Shown: positions 20,626-31,421, numbered from the stretch's first letter. The stretch is 64,000 nt of DNA from Candidatus Bathyarchaeota archaeon (GCA_963775685.1 CAVZJV010000014.1:736001-800000), one strand, 5' to 3'. Numbers and translations are program-made. The notes: generated from the letters alone by a model not told the origin.

Positions 20626-20871
20626 ATGATTGAATCGGTGATTTTTGAACCCCAAGAAGTGCATGACCTTAAGCGGTTTTTTGAAGAAAACAAAAACGAG
20701 GTTCATGAAATTTGGGTAATCATAACAAAAAAGAAAGCAGCTAATCCGCAACCCGTGTCATTCATCCAAGCCTTAGAAGAGGCAAAAAAGCAAGGGCTCA
20801 TAGATAGCCGCACAAAAACCATAAACGAGAAAAAATACATGATTCGTTTCACAAAAAGAATTAAGCCATGA
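20626..20871 (+). CDS. YdeI-like N-terminal domain small protein
   Basis: FFEENKNEVHEIWVIITKK...ALEEAKKQGLIDS...YMIRFTKR pattern. Confidence 0.55.
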   Translation: MIESVIFEPQEVHDLKRFFEENKNEVHEIWVIITKKKAANPQPVSFIQALEEAKKQGLIDSRTKTINEKKYMIRFTKRIKP

Positions 20872-20955
20872 ATATTGCAAATCAAAAAATGATACTAAAT
20901 TTTTAAGTTCAACACCTTCTATTAAGGCTATAAACATCAGAAAGCTGGGTGCAAT

Positions 20956-22044
20956 TTGGACATAGAAAAGAAAATTGAGTTAATATGCAAACCCCCAACA
21001 GAAGAGGTTGTAACCGCCGAGGACCTGCGTCAACTCTTCGAAAACGAGGAGCACCCTATTGCCTACAACGGATGGGAGCCCTCTGGGCTAGCTCATCTGG
21101 GTACGGGCGTTATCTGCGCTTACAAAATGAAGGACTTCGCCGAAGCCGGCGTACATTTCAAGGCGTTTTTGGCAACATGGCACGCATGGTTGAACAACAA
21201 ACTCGGCGGCGACCGTGAATTGATCCACAAAGCCGCAGACCTCTTCAGACACTCTTGGCTCGCTCTGGGCGTTCCAGGCGACAAGGTCGAGTTCATCTAC
21301 TCTGATGAACTCTACAAAGACATCGATTACTGGGCAAAAACCGTCATAATCGCTAAAAACCTCACCCTCGCACGAACTACAAGGACTCTGGAAATCGCAG
21401 GCAGAAAAGAAGGCGAAGCCCACTATGTCTCCGACTACCTTTACACGCCCATGCAAGTCGCAGACATTTTTGAGATGAAAGTAAAGATTTGCCAGTTAGG
21501 GATGGACCAGCGAAAAGCAAACATGGTTGGCCGAGAAATCGGCGAAAAAATCGGTTGCTGGAAGCCGGTATGCGTTCATCATCATTTGCTTCAGGGTTTA
21601 GCGAAGCCTGGAATTTGGCCGATTCCCGAAGGGCAGGAACGCGAAGCCGTTGCTTCAGCGAAAATGTCTAAAAGCAAACCCGACACCTGTATCTTCATTT
21701 ACGATACGCCAGAGGAAATTAAACAAAAAATGAATAAAGCCTTCTGTCCAGATCGAACGATAAAATTCAACCCCATAATTGATATCTGCAAACACATTGT
21801 TTTCCGCGAGAAAACGGTCTTCACAATTGAGCGGCCAGCGAAATTTGGTGGAAACGTTGATTTCCAGAGCTTCCAAGAGCTCGAATCAGCCTACGCGGAG
21901 GGCAAGCTTCATCCAATGGACCTCAAAAACGGCGTTGCAGTCCAACTTGCAGACATACTTGAGCCCGTACGCCGCTACTTCGAAAACAACAAAGAAGCCA
22001 AAGACTGTTTAGAAAACGTGCGGCAAGCCAAAATTACAAGGTAA
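20956..22044 (+). CDS. tyrS: Tyrosine-tRNA ligase (archaeal type)
   Basis: AYNGWEPSGLAHLGT (HIGH), YTPMQVADI, LGMDQRK, KMSKS, LHPMDLK. Confidence 0.95.
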   Translation: MDIEKKIELICKPPTEEVVTAEDLRQLFENEEHPIAYNGWEPSGLAHLGTGVICAYKMKDFAEAGVHFKAFLATWHAWLNNKLGGDRELIHKAADLFRHSWLALGVPGDKVEFIYSDELYKDIDYWAKTVIIAKNLTLARTTRTLEIAGRKEGEAHYVSDYLYTPMQVADIFEMKVKICQLGMDQRKANMVGREIGEKIGCWKPVCVHHHLLQGLAKPGIWPIPEGQEREAVASAKMSKSKPDTCIFIYDTPEEIKQKMNKAFCPDRTIKFNPIIDICKHIVFREKTVFTIERPAKFGGNVDFQSFQELESAYAEGKLHPMDLKNGVAVQLADILEPVRRYFENNKEAKDCLENVRQAKITR

Positions 22045-22048
22045 AAGC

Positions 22049-22465
22049 TTGTCAACGCATCTTAAAGAAAAAGTTGAGAAAATCGAGAAAACCATAGCAA
22101 ATCTTGCTGAGGAGTCAGCCAAAAGCAAGCCCATAGTTGTTGAGGGTAAAAAAGACGTAGAAACCCTCAGGGACTTAGGCGTCTCTGGAGCTATTTTTAC
22201 TCTTAAAACCGGTGGGAAAAGCTTTCTTGAAACAACTACGGAAATAGAAGAGTTAGGCGTCAGAGAAGTTGTTCTTCTGTTAGATTTTGACAAGCGCGGC
22301 AAAGAGGGCACCAAACGTCTGCAGCAGGATCTAGAAAGGGCAAAAGTAAAGGTGAATGTGGGATTCTGGCATGAACTTCACGGGTTGGTTGGGCGAGAAG
22401 TTCAGTGTATTGAAAGTTTGACTAGTTATCTTAAAACGCTCCACGAAAAAGTTCGAGAAGGATGA
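22049..22465 (+). CDS. Small Toprim-domain protein
   Basis: IVVEGKKD and LLDFDKRG Toprim motifs. Confidence 0.88.
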   Translation: MSTHLKEKVEKIEKTIANLAEESAKSKPIVVEGKKDVETLRDLGVSGAIFTLKTGGKSFLETTTEIEELGVREVVLLLDFDKRGKEGTKRLQQDLERAKVKVNVGFWHELHGLVGREVQCIESLTSYLKTLHEKVREG

Positions 22466-22910
22466 AAACAGGACAGTCTTACTCTTAAAAGTCTATAATT
22501 TTCGTCGAAGTTCAAGTTCTATACCAGTTTTTAGTTTTCGAAAATTGTGATTTACTAGACCACTTTCCCCTTTTAGTTAAACTATAGTTGAAGGGACAAT
22601 CCAGAAAAGTCGTCTTAGAAAAAACTCATCCATGGGTATCGGCTAAGTCCCCACAAAATTACTTTCAGAAAAAGGCGCCATACTTGTTTTTTTTTGCCCA
22701 ATCAAAACGGAAACTTTCCGAACTTTCAAAGCAGCATTCTGTCGCGATCAAGAGTTGTTGCTGATGCTCTCTTTGTGGAAGATGCCTACTGAGATAGTGA
22801 GGCATCACTGGATGAAGAGGTGTCAGATTCTTAATATTCTAAATCAAGCTTTTGTTTCCTTTCTTAGGTATGTTTAAAGCTTGCATTTGATTTTTTATTA
22901 TTGACGATTC

Positions 22911-23582
22911 ATGGAAAAACCTAAACGGTTTAGCAAAGTAATTGCAGTTTTTCTCATAGGTACGCTTCTTGCGTTGCTTGGTTTGGTGATTTATTATTCT
23001 CAAAACCCACCGATACCCCAAAACCTTTACCCTGGAGAAGTCAGAGATTACCAAGGAGAAAACCTCTCATCGATTGCTAATGTCATAGAGAACGCAATCA
23101 AAGGAACCCAGCACATCAACACTTCAACCTACCGGCTGGAAATCACAGGTTTAGTAAACAAAACCGTTGAGTACACATACGACCAGGTTATCAATAGTTT
23201 CCAGAAATACCAAAAAGTCGTAACCCTTTATTGCGTGGAGGGTTGGTCGGCGAAGATATTGTGGGAAGGCTTCTTAGTTGAAGATTTGCTAAAGGAAGCT
23301 GGCGTCAACTCATCAGCGGTTGGCGTAATCTTTTATGCCTCTGACGGCTACTCCACTGAGCTTCCTCTCGATTACATGACAAACCATAGCATCATCATAG
23401 CTTACAAGATGAATGGGCTGGTGATTCCGCCAGAAAGGGGCTTCCCTTTCCAGTTGGTTTCTGAAAGCCAGTATGGCTACAAATGGATAAAATGGATAAC
23501 AAGAATCGAGTTAACTGATAACCCAGATTACTTAGGTTACTGGGAAAGCAGAGGTTACCCCAATAATGCAACACTCAGATAA
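22911..23582 (+). CDS. Membrane-anchored molybdopterin oxidoreductase (sulfite oxidase/MsrP family)
   Basis: N-terminal TM; LYCVEGWS Moco cysteine, DGYST, YKMNG..IPPERGFPFQL, YGYKWIKW. Confidence 0.88.
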   Translation: MEKPKRFSKVIAVFLIGTLLALLGLVIYYSQNPPIPQNLYPGEVRDYQGENLSSIANVIENAIKGTQHINTSTYRLEITGLVNKTVEYTYDQVINSFQKYQKVVTLYCVEGWSAKILWEGFLVEDLLKEAGVNSSAVGVIFYASDGYSTELPLDYMTNHSIIIAYKMNGLVIPPERGFPFQLVSESQYGYKWIKWITRIELTDNPDYLGYWESRGYPNNATLR

Positions 23583-23583
23583 T

Positions 23584-23987
23584 CTAAGCCAAATATTTCT
23601 GTCTAATCTGGCTAGAACATAAGTAAACAATAATCAACACACTGTACGTTATCTCTCCAAACCCCGCAAACTTGGGTATCCCTGGAATGCTCGGTAAGTT
23701 CAGGAGTGTCAAAGAATCCGCTGCAATGACAAACAAAGAAACCGTGACCGTGCCTATCCATCCTTCCCTTTTACCTCCAAATTGGCGAAAACCATAACCA
23801 ACAAGCCGAAACTGAACGTATAGACATCATAGACTATAGTTGGATGGATAGAAGAGAAGTTTTCAAAAACCAGAAGCATCAGACCGAAGAAGACGTGGAT
23901 AGCGCCGATGAGAAGCTGCGCAACTATTAAAGCTACAATCCCAAGGCTTCTTCCTTTGTATGTAGGGATAGGTTTAGTCATTCGCAA
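23584..23987 (-). pseudogene. Small multi-TM membrane protein, frameshifted
   Basis: MTKPIPTYKGRSLGIVAL... continues after a shift near 23780 as GWIGTVTVSLFVIAADSLTLLNLPSIPGIPKFAGFGEITYSVLIIVYL*. Confidence 0.55.
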
Positions 23988-24524
23988 TCGCCATGTTTAC
24001 TATTTTGACCGAAGAACACAAATAACTTTCCCCACTAAACCATCTATGAAGATCTTTTTGTTAGCGAAAATGAAGCGGAGAGCTCTTTTGACAACGCTTT
24101 TGGCACTTTATGTTTTGTTTACGGCACAGTTTATTGTTAGCAAAACCAATAACATCTTATTTACTCCTCCGTTGACAACTTTTCTTCAAAATAAAAACGT
24201 TTTTGTCGATGCCTGATTTTGTTTAGCAACAGAACACACATTGGTCTTTACAAGCCACAGTCTCATTGACAAAGGCATAATTGCCTTTTTAATTGTAACT
24301 TTGGCGCTTAATATCCACAAAAGAAACACTCACAGAGGTTTTATCTGTCCTCGGATTGATTGCGAGTCCTGTTTGATTTTGTATGTGGCTTACGTTTTGC
24401 GACTTCTAATTTTAGTGTTTGACTCGATTTCACTTTCAGATACCCAGAGGATTCGTGTCGGCAGTCATTCTTTACTTTGAAATGGCTATATTGATGTACC
24501 ACGACACATTACGGTAAGGGCAGG

Positions 24525-25490
24525 CTAACCAGAATCAAGCCTTTTTGAAGTGAGCCATTTTTTTCTCCACAACCAAATAAACGGCAAAACGATAGACACC
24601 AATATTGCGCCACTGACTATGGCGATGTTTGTGTTACCGAACTGTGAAATCCCAAAAAAAGTGGCAACAGTGTTTGGGAAGGAAGTAATCGTTGTAACAA
24701 TTGTTAAGTAAAATATTACAACGGTTAAGGCCTTTATTGAAAGGTTGATTTTGTTAGAGATTGCTGATAAGTGCACGTTTATGGCGTCTGAAAGGATTTC
24801 TCGATAAGTTTCCACGATGTCTACTTGTCTTGTTAATTCCTCATGAGTTGTGTCAAATAACGCTCGGGCTTTTGCATCTATACAGTTGGCGTTGCATTTT
24901 TTTATGTTAAAAACCAATCCGCGTTCATACCATAGAATCTTGTTAAAACTTATCATGTTGGATTTTAGCCTAAAAATTTTCTTCAGCGTATCCGGAGATG
25001 TTTTCTCAACAACTTCTTCCTCCATCTTCGCTGTTAGGTTTTCTAACTTTTCAATTTGAGTGTAATGGTTGGCGACGATTTCATCGATAATGAAGTAAGT
25101 TACTATTGAGGATGGGTCTATTTTGGTTCTGCTCATTCTTTCTTTAGCTGTATTGATGATTGGCTGGATTTCCTTTTTAGCCACGGTTATGAGAAAGTTT
25201 TTGGAGACAACCATGATAGCTGGGTAGGCTTTTTTTGTCGATAAAACATCCTGCAATACAAGAAAATTGATTATTACGTAGCTTTGTTCTAAGCGTAAAT
25301 TGACAATCCCATTTGTTTTGGAGAGCCTCAAAAAGTTAACCGACACCTGCGTTGCATCAGAGATTGCTTGTAACTCGTTTTCGGTTGGGTCAACAAGTTC
25401 AAGCCAAATATTCGTGAGATTTAATGCTTCCACCTGTTTAGCTTCAACGTTGCTTTCCGACTTGTTTCCCAAGTAGACGGCGCGAATCAT
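24525..25490 (-). CDS. corA: CorA-family divalent cation transporter
   Basis: WLELVDPTENEL, long helical stalk, two C-terminal TMs; canonical GMN motif appears as FFGIS. Confidence 0.8.
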   Translation of the reverse strand: MIRAVYLGNKSESNVEAKQVEALNLTNIWLELVDPTENELQAISDATQVSVNFLRLSKTNGIVNLRLEQSYVIINFLVLQDVLSTKKAYPAIMVVSKNFLITVAKKEIQPIINTAKERMSRTKIDPSSIVTYFIIDEIVANHYTQIEKLENLTAKMEEEVVEKTSPDTLKKIFRLKSNMISFNKILWYERGLVFNIKKCNANCIDAKARALFDTTHEELTRQVDIVETYREILSDAINVHLSAISNKINLSIKALTVVIFYLTIVTTITSFPNTVATFFGISQFGNTNIAIVSGAILVSIVLPFIWLWRKKWLTSKRLDSG

Positions 25491-25517
25491 ATAGTAATCA
25501 AGCTGTTGAATGCAATA

Positions 25518-25892
25518 TTAGATTTTTGGCTTAGCGTCTGAAGCTGGTGGTTGCTTCTTTTTGTCAATCTGTAACGATAGCATTTCCACGAATTGGCCAA
25601 TGCGGTCTCTTGTTCTGCCAAAATCAATAACTGAGGTTATGGTGGTTACCGGAGTTTCAGCGTTTATGAACATGCGTGTAGTTTTCTCGTCTATCGCTGC
25701 TACCTCAACGTAGAAAGTTGAACCATAAGCCATGAAACCACCCTTTGTTTTTACTTTAGCTTTGTGGGCAGCGTCGTCTTTTTCTTCGATTGCCCACTCC
25801 AAAATCTTGACGACTTCGGGGATAGTTTCCCAAATTTCTTCCAGTGGATAATCTATTTCGAATTTTTCATTCTCGTTGCGCATATAGGCCAT
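25518..25892 (-). CDS. Hypothetical protein
   Basis: 124-aa ORF with ATG, co-oriented with neighbours, globular composition. Confidence 0.65.
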   Translation of the reverse strand: MAYMRNENEKFEIDYPLEEIWETIPEVVKILEWAIEEKDDAAHKAKVKTKGGFMAYGSTFYVEVAAIDEKTTRMFINAETPVTTITSVIDFGRTRDRIGQFVEMLSLQIDKKKQPPASDAKPKI

Positions 25893-25949
25893 ATTTTGTC
25901 ACTAATGTTTTGTTTGGGTCATACTTAACTTTTCATACAATACGAAAGA

Positions 25950-26732
25950 TCAAGCTACTTTACGCTTTAATTTTTTGATTATTAACGTAACAACTAAAAT
26001 AATCATAATGGAGACTGTGGCAATTTCAGTGGTGGTTAAAATGTTTGCATTCATACTTTGTTTAGTCGCTATGCCAGCAAGCGCCCAAACAATAACTAAA
26101 CTATAGCCAATGTCCCGTCGAGCTAATATAACCATTAAGGTGACTGCTAAAGCGATAACCAAGGCTATAATCGTCCATGTTTCAGCACTCAAACCAAACC
26201 CATCCCAGCCTATCGACACCAAAGCTGCCGCCACATTAGCGATTGAGGCAACCGAAATCCAGCCCAGATAAACGCTGAATGGCAGCTGAACACATAACTT
26301 CTCAGCTATTGAAGCTCTGGATTTCCCAATGCCTAAACGAATATAGACCGCAATAAGTGTTGCCAGAAGGCCAAGCATCAAAACTACTGATACAGTAATG
26401 TAGTCGTATTGCCAAAAGAAAAGCCAAGCAACGTTGAATATGCTGCTCAGAATAAAGAGTACGCCGATTTGCCGTTGGAATGGCTTGTCTTGTTGCTTTG
26501 GCAAAAGGTGATATAAAACAAAGGCCAAAAGCAGTGCATAGATTATTCCCCAGATGGCAAAAACATAACCTGCCGGAGTAATGGGGCTTGAATACAAGTC
26601 AGAAACTTGGGCGGTTGATCTGCCATTGAGCAGGGTTGTGCCGGCTAAGCCGTTAACTGCAAGAGTAACGATAAATGCCGCGAGGTTTCCAAAGCGAATT
26701 AAATTAATGCTTCTTTTGAGCAACCCCTTCAC
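25950..26732 (-). CDS. TspO/MBR-related tryptophan-rich sensory membrane protein
   Basis: ITPAGYVFAIWGIIY, FNVAWLFFWQY, PFSVYLGWISVASIAN. Confidence 0.82.
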   Translation of the reverse strand: MKGLLKRSINLIRFGNLAAFIVTLAVNGLAGTTLLNGRSTAQVSDLYSSPITPAGYVFAIWGIIYALLLAFVLYHLLPKQQDKPFQRQIGVLFILSSIFNVAWLFFWQYDYITVSVVLMLGLLATLIAVYIRLGIGKSRASIAEKLCVQLPFSVYLGWISVASIANVAAALVSIGWDGFGLSAETWTIIALVIALAVTLMVILARRDIGYSLVIVWALAGIATKQSMNANILTTTEIATVSIMIILVVTLIIKKLKRKVA

Positions 26733-26791
26733 CTAACAATAGATTATTCGCTGATTGGAATAAAGATTATGCTGAAAGTTCGAATTTGAAA

Positions 26792-27253
26792 TTAATCCCT
26801 CCCTTGAATGAGAGGGTAGCTGCCCAGCAACGCCGTATTAACCATCAAATAAAGCACGAAACCCGCTATTAATGTGGCAAGCCACATGACCGTAACCACC
26901 GTCATGATGCGTTTGTTGAGTTTGCCATATCACCACAGTTTCGCTGGTTGCATAAGCAGTGTTGGCAAAAGCCAAGTGCCCAGCACCCAAAAGCTCGAAA
27001 GCATTGTTAAGCCCCCGCAGTCACATGTACCATTCCTAGGTTGACAAACCGCTGGCGCCGCCTTCACCAACGTTATCCCAGGCAGGAGCCGTAATCGCAA
27101 AAAAGGAGACGAGGTTTAAACCCACGGCAGCCAGCATCAACCTTGCGTGTGCCTTAATCTTGCGTTTGGTTCAACCACTAAGCCAACTGTAAGAAAAATA
27201 AAAATGAACACTTGCAAAATTAAGTCAATTTGAGCCGCAAAAAAAGAAACCAT
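26792..27253 (-). pseudogene. DUF420-like four-TM protein, disrupted
   Basis: MVSFFAAQIDLILQVFIF..(shift)..KIKAHARLMLAAVGLNL...GMVHVTAGGL...LW*YGKLNKRIM with a frameshift and an internal TGA. Confidence 0.5.
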
Positions 27254-27302
27254 ATTAACCAAAAGAAGAAAGATCATTTTTTCTATTAAGCTTTGTTATG
27301 CA

Positions 27303-27674
27303 TTATTTGAGGGATTCTTTTAGCGCTGAAAAGTATGACAGTACCTGTTGAATCTGTTCTTGTGCCATGCCAAGGATTACTTGGACTGCCGCTTTTTTTG
27401 GTGTCGTCGATAGAGTTGCTAATGCGTAGTCGAGGTTGGTGAAGAGTGGTTCCCAAGGAATGTTTACTCTTTTGCCTTTGAAGTTGTAGAGGGCAAGGAC
27501 AAATGCGCTGGCTCGGCTCAAGCTATCTTTGAAAGATTGGATGCTTTGACCGATGACTGCGACGTCATAGTCTTTTCCTGCCATAAAGCCCGCCATTACT
27601 TTGTAGTTTTGCTCTAAATTTTGGATTTCAGCAAGAAGGTCTTGCTTGATTTTTGTTTCTGTGTCATTTTGCAT
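27303..27674 (-). CDS. Hypothetical helical protein
   Basis: 123-aa ORF with ATG and upstream AAGGGA. Confidence 0.65.
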   Translation of the reverse strand: MQNDTETKIKQDLLAEIQNLEQNYKVMAGFMAGKDYDVAVIGQSIQSFKDSLSRASAFVLALYNFKGKRVNIPWEPLFTNLDYALATLSTTPKKAAVQVILGMAQEQIQQVLSYFSALKESLK

Positions 27675-27897
27675 TGGTCATCCCTTTTTGGTATGTTCCA
27701 ATCAGATACATAAGAGTTTTTCATTTATTATATTTACACCTCTTGGAAGTTTTGTTTGCGCAGCTGGGTCATTTAAACAACTTCAACATCAGCCAAAGCA
27801 TCTGCAATAGATGAAACTGCTCAGACTTAGGAAGAAGCTTTAGGTGGAGCGGAATTGAAATAAAGTTTGCCCCTATAAAATGAGAATAGAACTCATT

Positions 27898-29319
27898 CTA
27901 CCTTTTTTTCTTAAATACTTTTTTAACAAGCTGCAGTTTGTAGCGGCCAAACCAAATTAGCCCTGAGAAGGCAACCCCGAACCCTAGGTACTGCAACCCC
28001 ATCAAAAGACTACTTTCACTAATAGGGGTAGAGTTAAAAAGGGAGTAGCCAAAGTTAACGTTTGGTTCTACCCTGAAAAGCAGATAATCCCATCTGGAAA
28101 ACAAATGGTCATAATTCATGCTATATAATATTGTTGCTGCGACCAAAACAATCCCTGCAAAAGCGATTAGATAGAAAAGTATCTTTGTTGGTTTAGATTT
28201 TATTTTGTTTAAACTAAAAAGCGAAATACTCTTAGTTACTAAAGACCCGACCAAGAAGCAGAAGAAGGGCAAGGCTTGATAATCGTATTTTATCGCGTTA
28301 AGGTACGGAGCTTTTAAGTCCAGAGTTGCACCCAAAAAAGTGTTCACGCCAACAACACATATTATGGTGGCTAAGCAGATTGCGTCGAAAGCCAAAAACC
28401 TATGGAAAAAACTTCTCAGCACAAAACAAACAATCAACGACAAAACGACTGCATCAATAAAAAACCAGCCTAAACCATAGCTTACCAAAAAGTTGCTGAC
28501 AAAAAAGTATGATGGGACTATGCTAGATGGTTCATGGATTACAAAGTCTGCATGGGTAAAAATCGAGATTAAGCCTATTCCTGTAATTGTTTGATACCAC
28601 AAATAAGAGGAAATGAACACTGGCAAGGAAAATACTGTCAACCAAATTGCTGTACGCTTTAGATTTATTGTTCTGCAGTAGAATAAGTAAGCTAATAATG
28701 GAACAAGGATAAAGACCGCATAAAGTTTTGTATTGAAGGCCGCGGCGAAAATAATTGCTGAAGCGATAAAAAACTTGAACGAACATCTATGAATTGCAAG
28801 TATGCCTATCAGCAAGGAAAGGAAACTGAAGAACAGACAAACGGCGTCGATTAAGAATGCCCGGGATAGGATTATGTGCCATGGGTTGAAAGCGAAGAGC
28901 ACCGATGCAAAAAATCCTGTTGTTTTGTTATACCATGTCTTGCCAATAAGGTAAATTAAGAAGATGGATCCAAGCCCAAAAAGAGAGACCAGGAAGGTAC
29001 CATTGTTAATCGATGCACCAAAGGCGGTTAGAAAGCCTGCTTGAATGTAAAAACCCACTGGCGGTTGGTTAATTAAGTAAGAACTGTTCGCGTAAGGTAA
29101 ACCATATTTTGTTACACCTGAAACAGCGTCGTATTCCCACGCTGTATCCCCGTTGTGGTAGGGTCCAAATGAAAATGCAACAAGCAAAAAACCAACTAAA
29201 ATGCTTATAATGGAATAATTTTCGCTGCAAAATTTTTTAAGGCTGGCTTTGTTTAAGGGGTGTCTGCTGGAGATTTTTGTTTGTACCCCTTGGGAGATTA
29301 GTGTTTTGGGTATTAACAA
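27898..29319 (-). CDS. GT-C fold glycosyltransferase (ArnT/PMT-like, family 39-like)
   Basis: GDTAWEY loop, INQPPVGFY, FNPWHIILSRAFLIDA, NTKLYA; many TM helices. Confidence 0.8.
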   Translation of the reverse strand: MLIPKTLISQGVQTKISSRHPLNKASLKKFCSENYSIISILVGFLLVAFSFGPYHNGDTAWEYDAVSGVTKYGLPYANSSYLINQPPVGFYIQAGFLTAFGASINNGTFLVSLFGLGSIFLIYLIGKTWYNKTTGFFASVLFAFNPWHIILSRAFLIDAVCLFFSFLSLLIGILAIHRCSFKFFIASAIIFAAAFNTKLYAVFILVPLLAYLFYCRTINLKRTAIWLTVFSLPVFISSYLWYQTITGIGLISIFTHADFVIHEPSSIVPSYFFVSNFLVSYGLGWFFIDAVVLSLIVCFVLRSFFHRFLAFDAICLATIICVVGVNTFLGATLDLKAPYLNAIKYDYQALPFFCFLVGSLVTKSISLFSLNKIKSKPTKILFYLIAFAGIVLVAATILYSMNYDHLFSRWDYLLFRVEPNVNFGYSLFNSTPISESSLLMGLQYLGFGVAFSGLIWFGRYKLQLVKKVFKKKR

Positions 29320-29398
29320 ATTGCAGCAGGTTTCCTAGAATGTCCTTTTATCGCTTTTTAGAAATAAATTTTTGCCTAGTTACATTTAGTAGTGAGGT

Positions 29399-30505
29399 TT
29401 AACCGATTAGTCTCTTCATGTAAGGTATCTTTTTCAGGGGTACAATTATGGCTAGGCAAATTAGCAGGGTGACTGCCGTTATAATTGGAACTTCCATTAT
29501 CGGATTTATGGTTGTAACACTTATCTTAAAACCTAAATATCCATTCTGAAGCACCTCAAGGACAATCACATGGAACAGGTAAATCGGAAGGCTGTTTTGG
29601 CTGATAACCTTGAGCACTCGGCTACCGCGAGGAAGCCTTGTCTCTATTGTTTGGTTAGGGATAACGGCTAAAAGCAGGAAAAGAGCGACAGACGCGATTA
29701 TGACGCTAAAGCTTGACGCATCCAAGAAGAATTGGCTGTATGCCTCGCCTAACGTGCCTACCAAAAAGTAAGTGCCAATTATTGTACAAACGGTACCCAG
29801 TATGAGGCCTAAATAGAGAAGTGAACGGCGGAATTGCAGGCGGGCAGAGTATGCACCTAAGATAAAGTAGCCGATTAATCCTGTGAAGACAAAGACTGCG
29901 TCTCTGAACCAAATTGTCTGGGGGCTGATGGTTGCCGACAGCGTAAAAAGGGAAACTACTCCTGTGCCCACGAACCATAAGACAAGGAAGTACCGTATGA
30001 TTCTCCAGTCTGCATGAGCCACAATAACGCGGACAAGCGGCGTAATCAAGTATAAACCAACCAAAACGTACACGTACCAAAAGTGAACGTAGGGTCCCGC
30101 AAGGATCCCTTGTTCAATAGAAGTAATTGTTAAAGCTTGCCCCTTAACCGTGAAATCCCACACAAAAAATACTGTAGCCCAAAATAGCACTGGAATGCCT
30201 ACGCGGTTCCAACGTTTCTTGAAGAAAAACCTGAGAGGCTCATCAACCTTGCTTGGTTGAAGGAGAAGAGCACCTGTCAACATGATAAATAGCGGAACAG
30301 CTGTTCTTGCTATTGAATCGTAGACGTTTGAGGTCCACCAGAGCTGCAGTCCTTGGGGCGACATAATGTCGAGGTTTGGGATAGCTTCTATTGAGGCATG
30401 AAGCAAAATAACTAGTATAATAGCTACCGTACGTATGAGGTCAACTGGAAGAGCAATGCCTTCAGTCTTTGGTTGCACTTCTGGTTCCCTAAACATCTTA
30501 CACAT
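29399..30505 (-). CDS. Acyltransferase-3 (OafA/WecH-like) membrane O-acyltransferase
   Basis: DLIRTVAIILVILLHA, ARTAVPLFIMLTGALLL, HFWYVY, SLPIYLFH. Confidence 0.88.
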   Translation of the reverse strand: MCKMFREPEVQPKTEGIALPVDLIRTVAIILVILLHASIEAIPNLDIMSPQGLQLWWTSNVYDSIARTAVPLFIMLTGALLLQPSKVDEPLRFFFKKRWNRVGIPVLFWATVFFVWDFTVKGQALTITSIEQGILAGPYVHFWYVYVLVGLYLITPLVRVIVAHADWRIIRYFLVLWFVGTGVVSLFTLSATISPQTIWFRDAVFVFTGLIGYFILGAYSARLQFRRSLLYLGLILGTVCTIIGTYFLVGTLGEAYSQFFLDASSFSVIIASVALFLLLAVIPNQTIETRLPRGSRVLKVISQNSLPIYLFHVIVLEVLQNGYLGFKISVTTINPIMEVPIITAVTLLICLAIIVPLKKIPYMKRLIG

Positions 30506-30592
30506 AGTTATTGTTTGTTTTGATATTAATAATTTGCATAATTAGCTAAAAAATAGTAAAACATCTGGAAAGAGGATTATTTGCAAAAACGC

Positions 30593-31303
30593 TTAAGGAT
30601 AGAATTCTGTATCGCCTGGGGAATTATCAGGCAAAGTTATAGCGTTGTACACATTGGAGGCAATAAGATCGGCGCCTTCTGGGTTAGGATGGACCCCATC
30701 CATGAAATAGTCTGAGTGATCACCGAAGGCAGAGTACATATCAAGGATGGATAACCCCATTTGGTCTGCCACGTTCTCAACTTGTGGAATTACGGTACTA
30801 CTAAGGTATGTGTTGTTATATGCTGAGTTTACGCTGAAAATAGGAGGCGACTTAACCACCCAGATCGACTGATTGCCATCAAGGTTCTCAAAAGAGTTAA
30901 CTAGTTGCCTGTAGTCGAATTCGAAATTGTCTTCACTTGGAGCGATGTCTGGGTTAGCATCGTTTGTTCCAAGCATTATGACTACTATTTCTGGATCGAA
31001 TTCCGCTGCTTTCTTAAATGCGGTCTGGTTCATGTAGGGTAAAATGGAATTTAGCGATACTGTAGATCCGCAAACGCCAAAATTCTGCACATTGTAGTTT
31101 GATCCAAGCAGTAGCTGAAGTTTAGCCGGGTATCCGCTTCCTTGAGTTATACTGTCACCCACACATGCAACACGAATTGGTTGAGGCGCAATATCCAATG
31201 CGAAGGTTGTGATTGCAGCCATGCCTGACGCGGCAATCATCACAACGACCACCAAAGTCAACACCTCAATTTTTCCATTCATGCCGTCTTTTTCAACCGT
31301 CAA
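30593..31303 (-). CDS. Membrane-anchored SGNH/GDSL esterase or acyltransferase
   Basis: N-terminal TM; VACVGDSIT, NFGVCG, MLGTND, DGVHPN. Confidence 0.9.
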   Translation of the reverse strand: MTVEKDGMNGKIEVLTLVVVVMIAASGMAAITTFALDIAPQPIRVACVGDSITQGSGYPAKLQLLLGSNYNVQNFGVCGSTVSLNSILPYMNQTAFKKAAEFDPEIVVIMLGTNDANPDIAPSEDNFEFDYRQLVNSFENLDGNQSIWVVKSPPIFSVNSAYNNTYLSSTVIPQVENVADQMGLSILDMYSAFGDHSDYFMDGVHPNPEGADLIASNVYNAITLPDNSPGDTEFYP

Positions 31304-31421
31304 ATCTACGATGTAGGATTGATTTTACCAAAATGCATCAGTGGTAAATATAAAATTTTAGGCATAAACTACAAGTTTCTTTACATTTACATCTCAAAAA
31401 GCAGGTTGTAATGCGCCAAGG

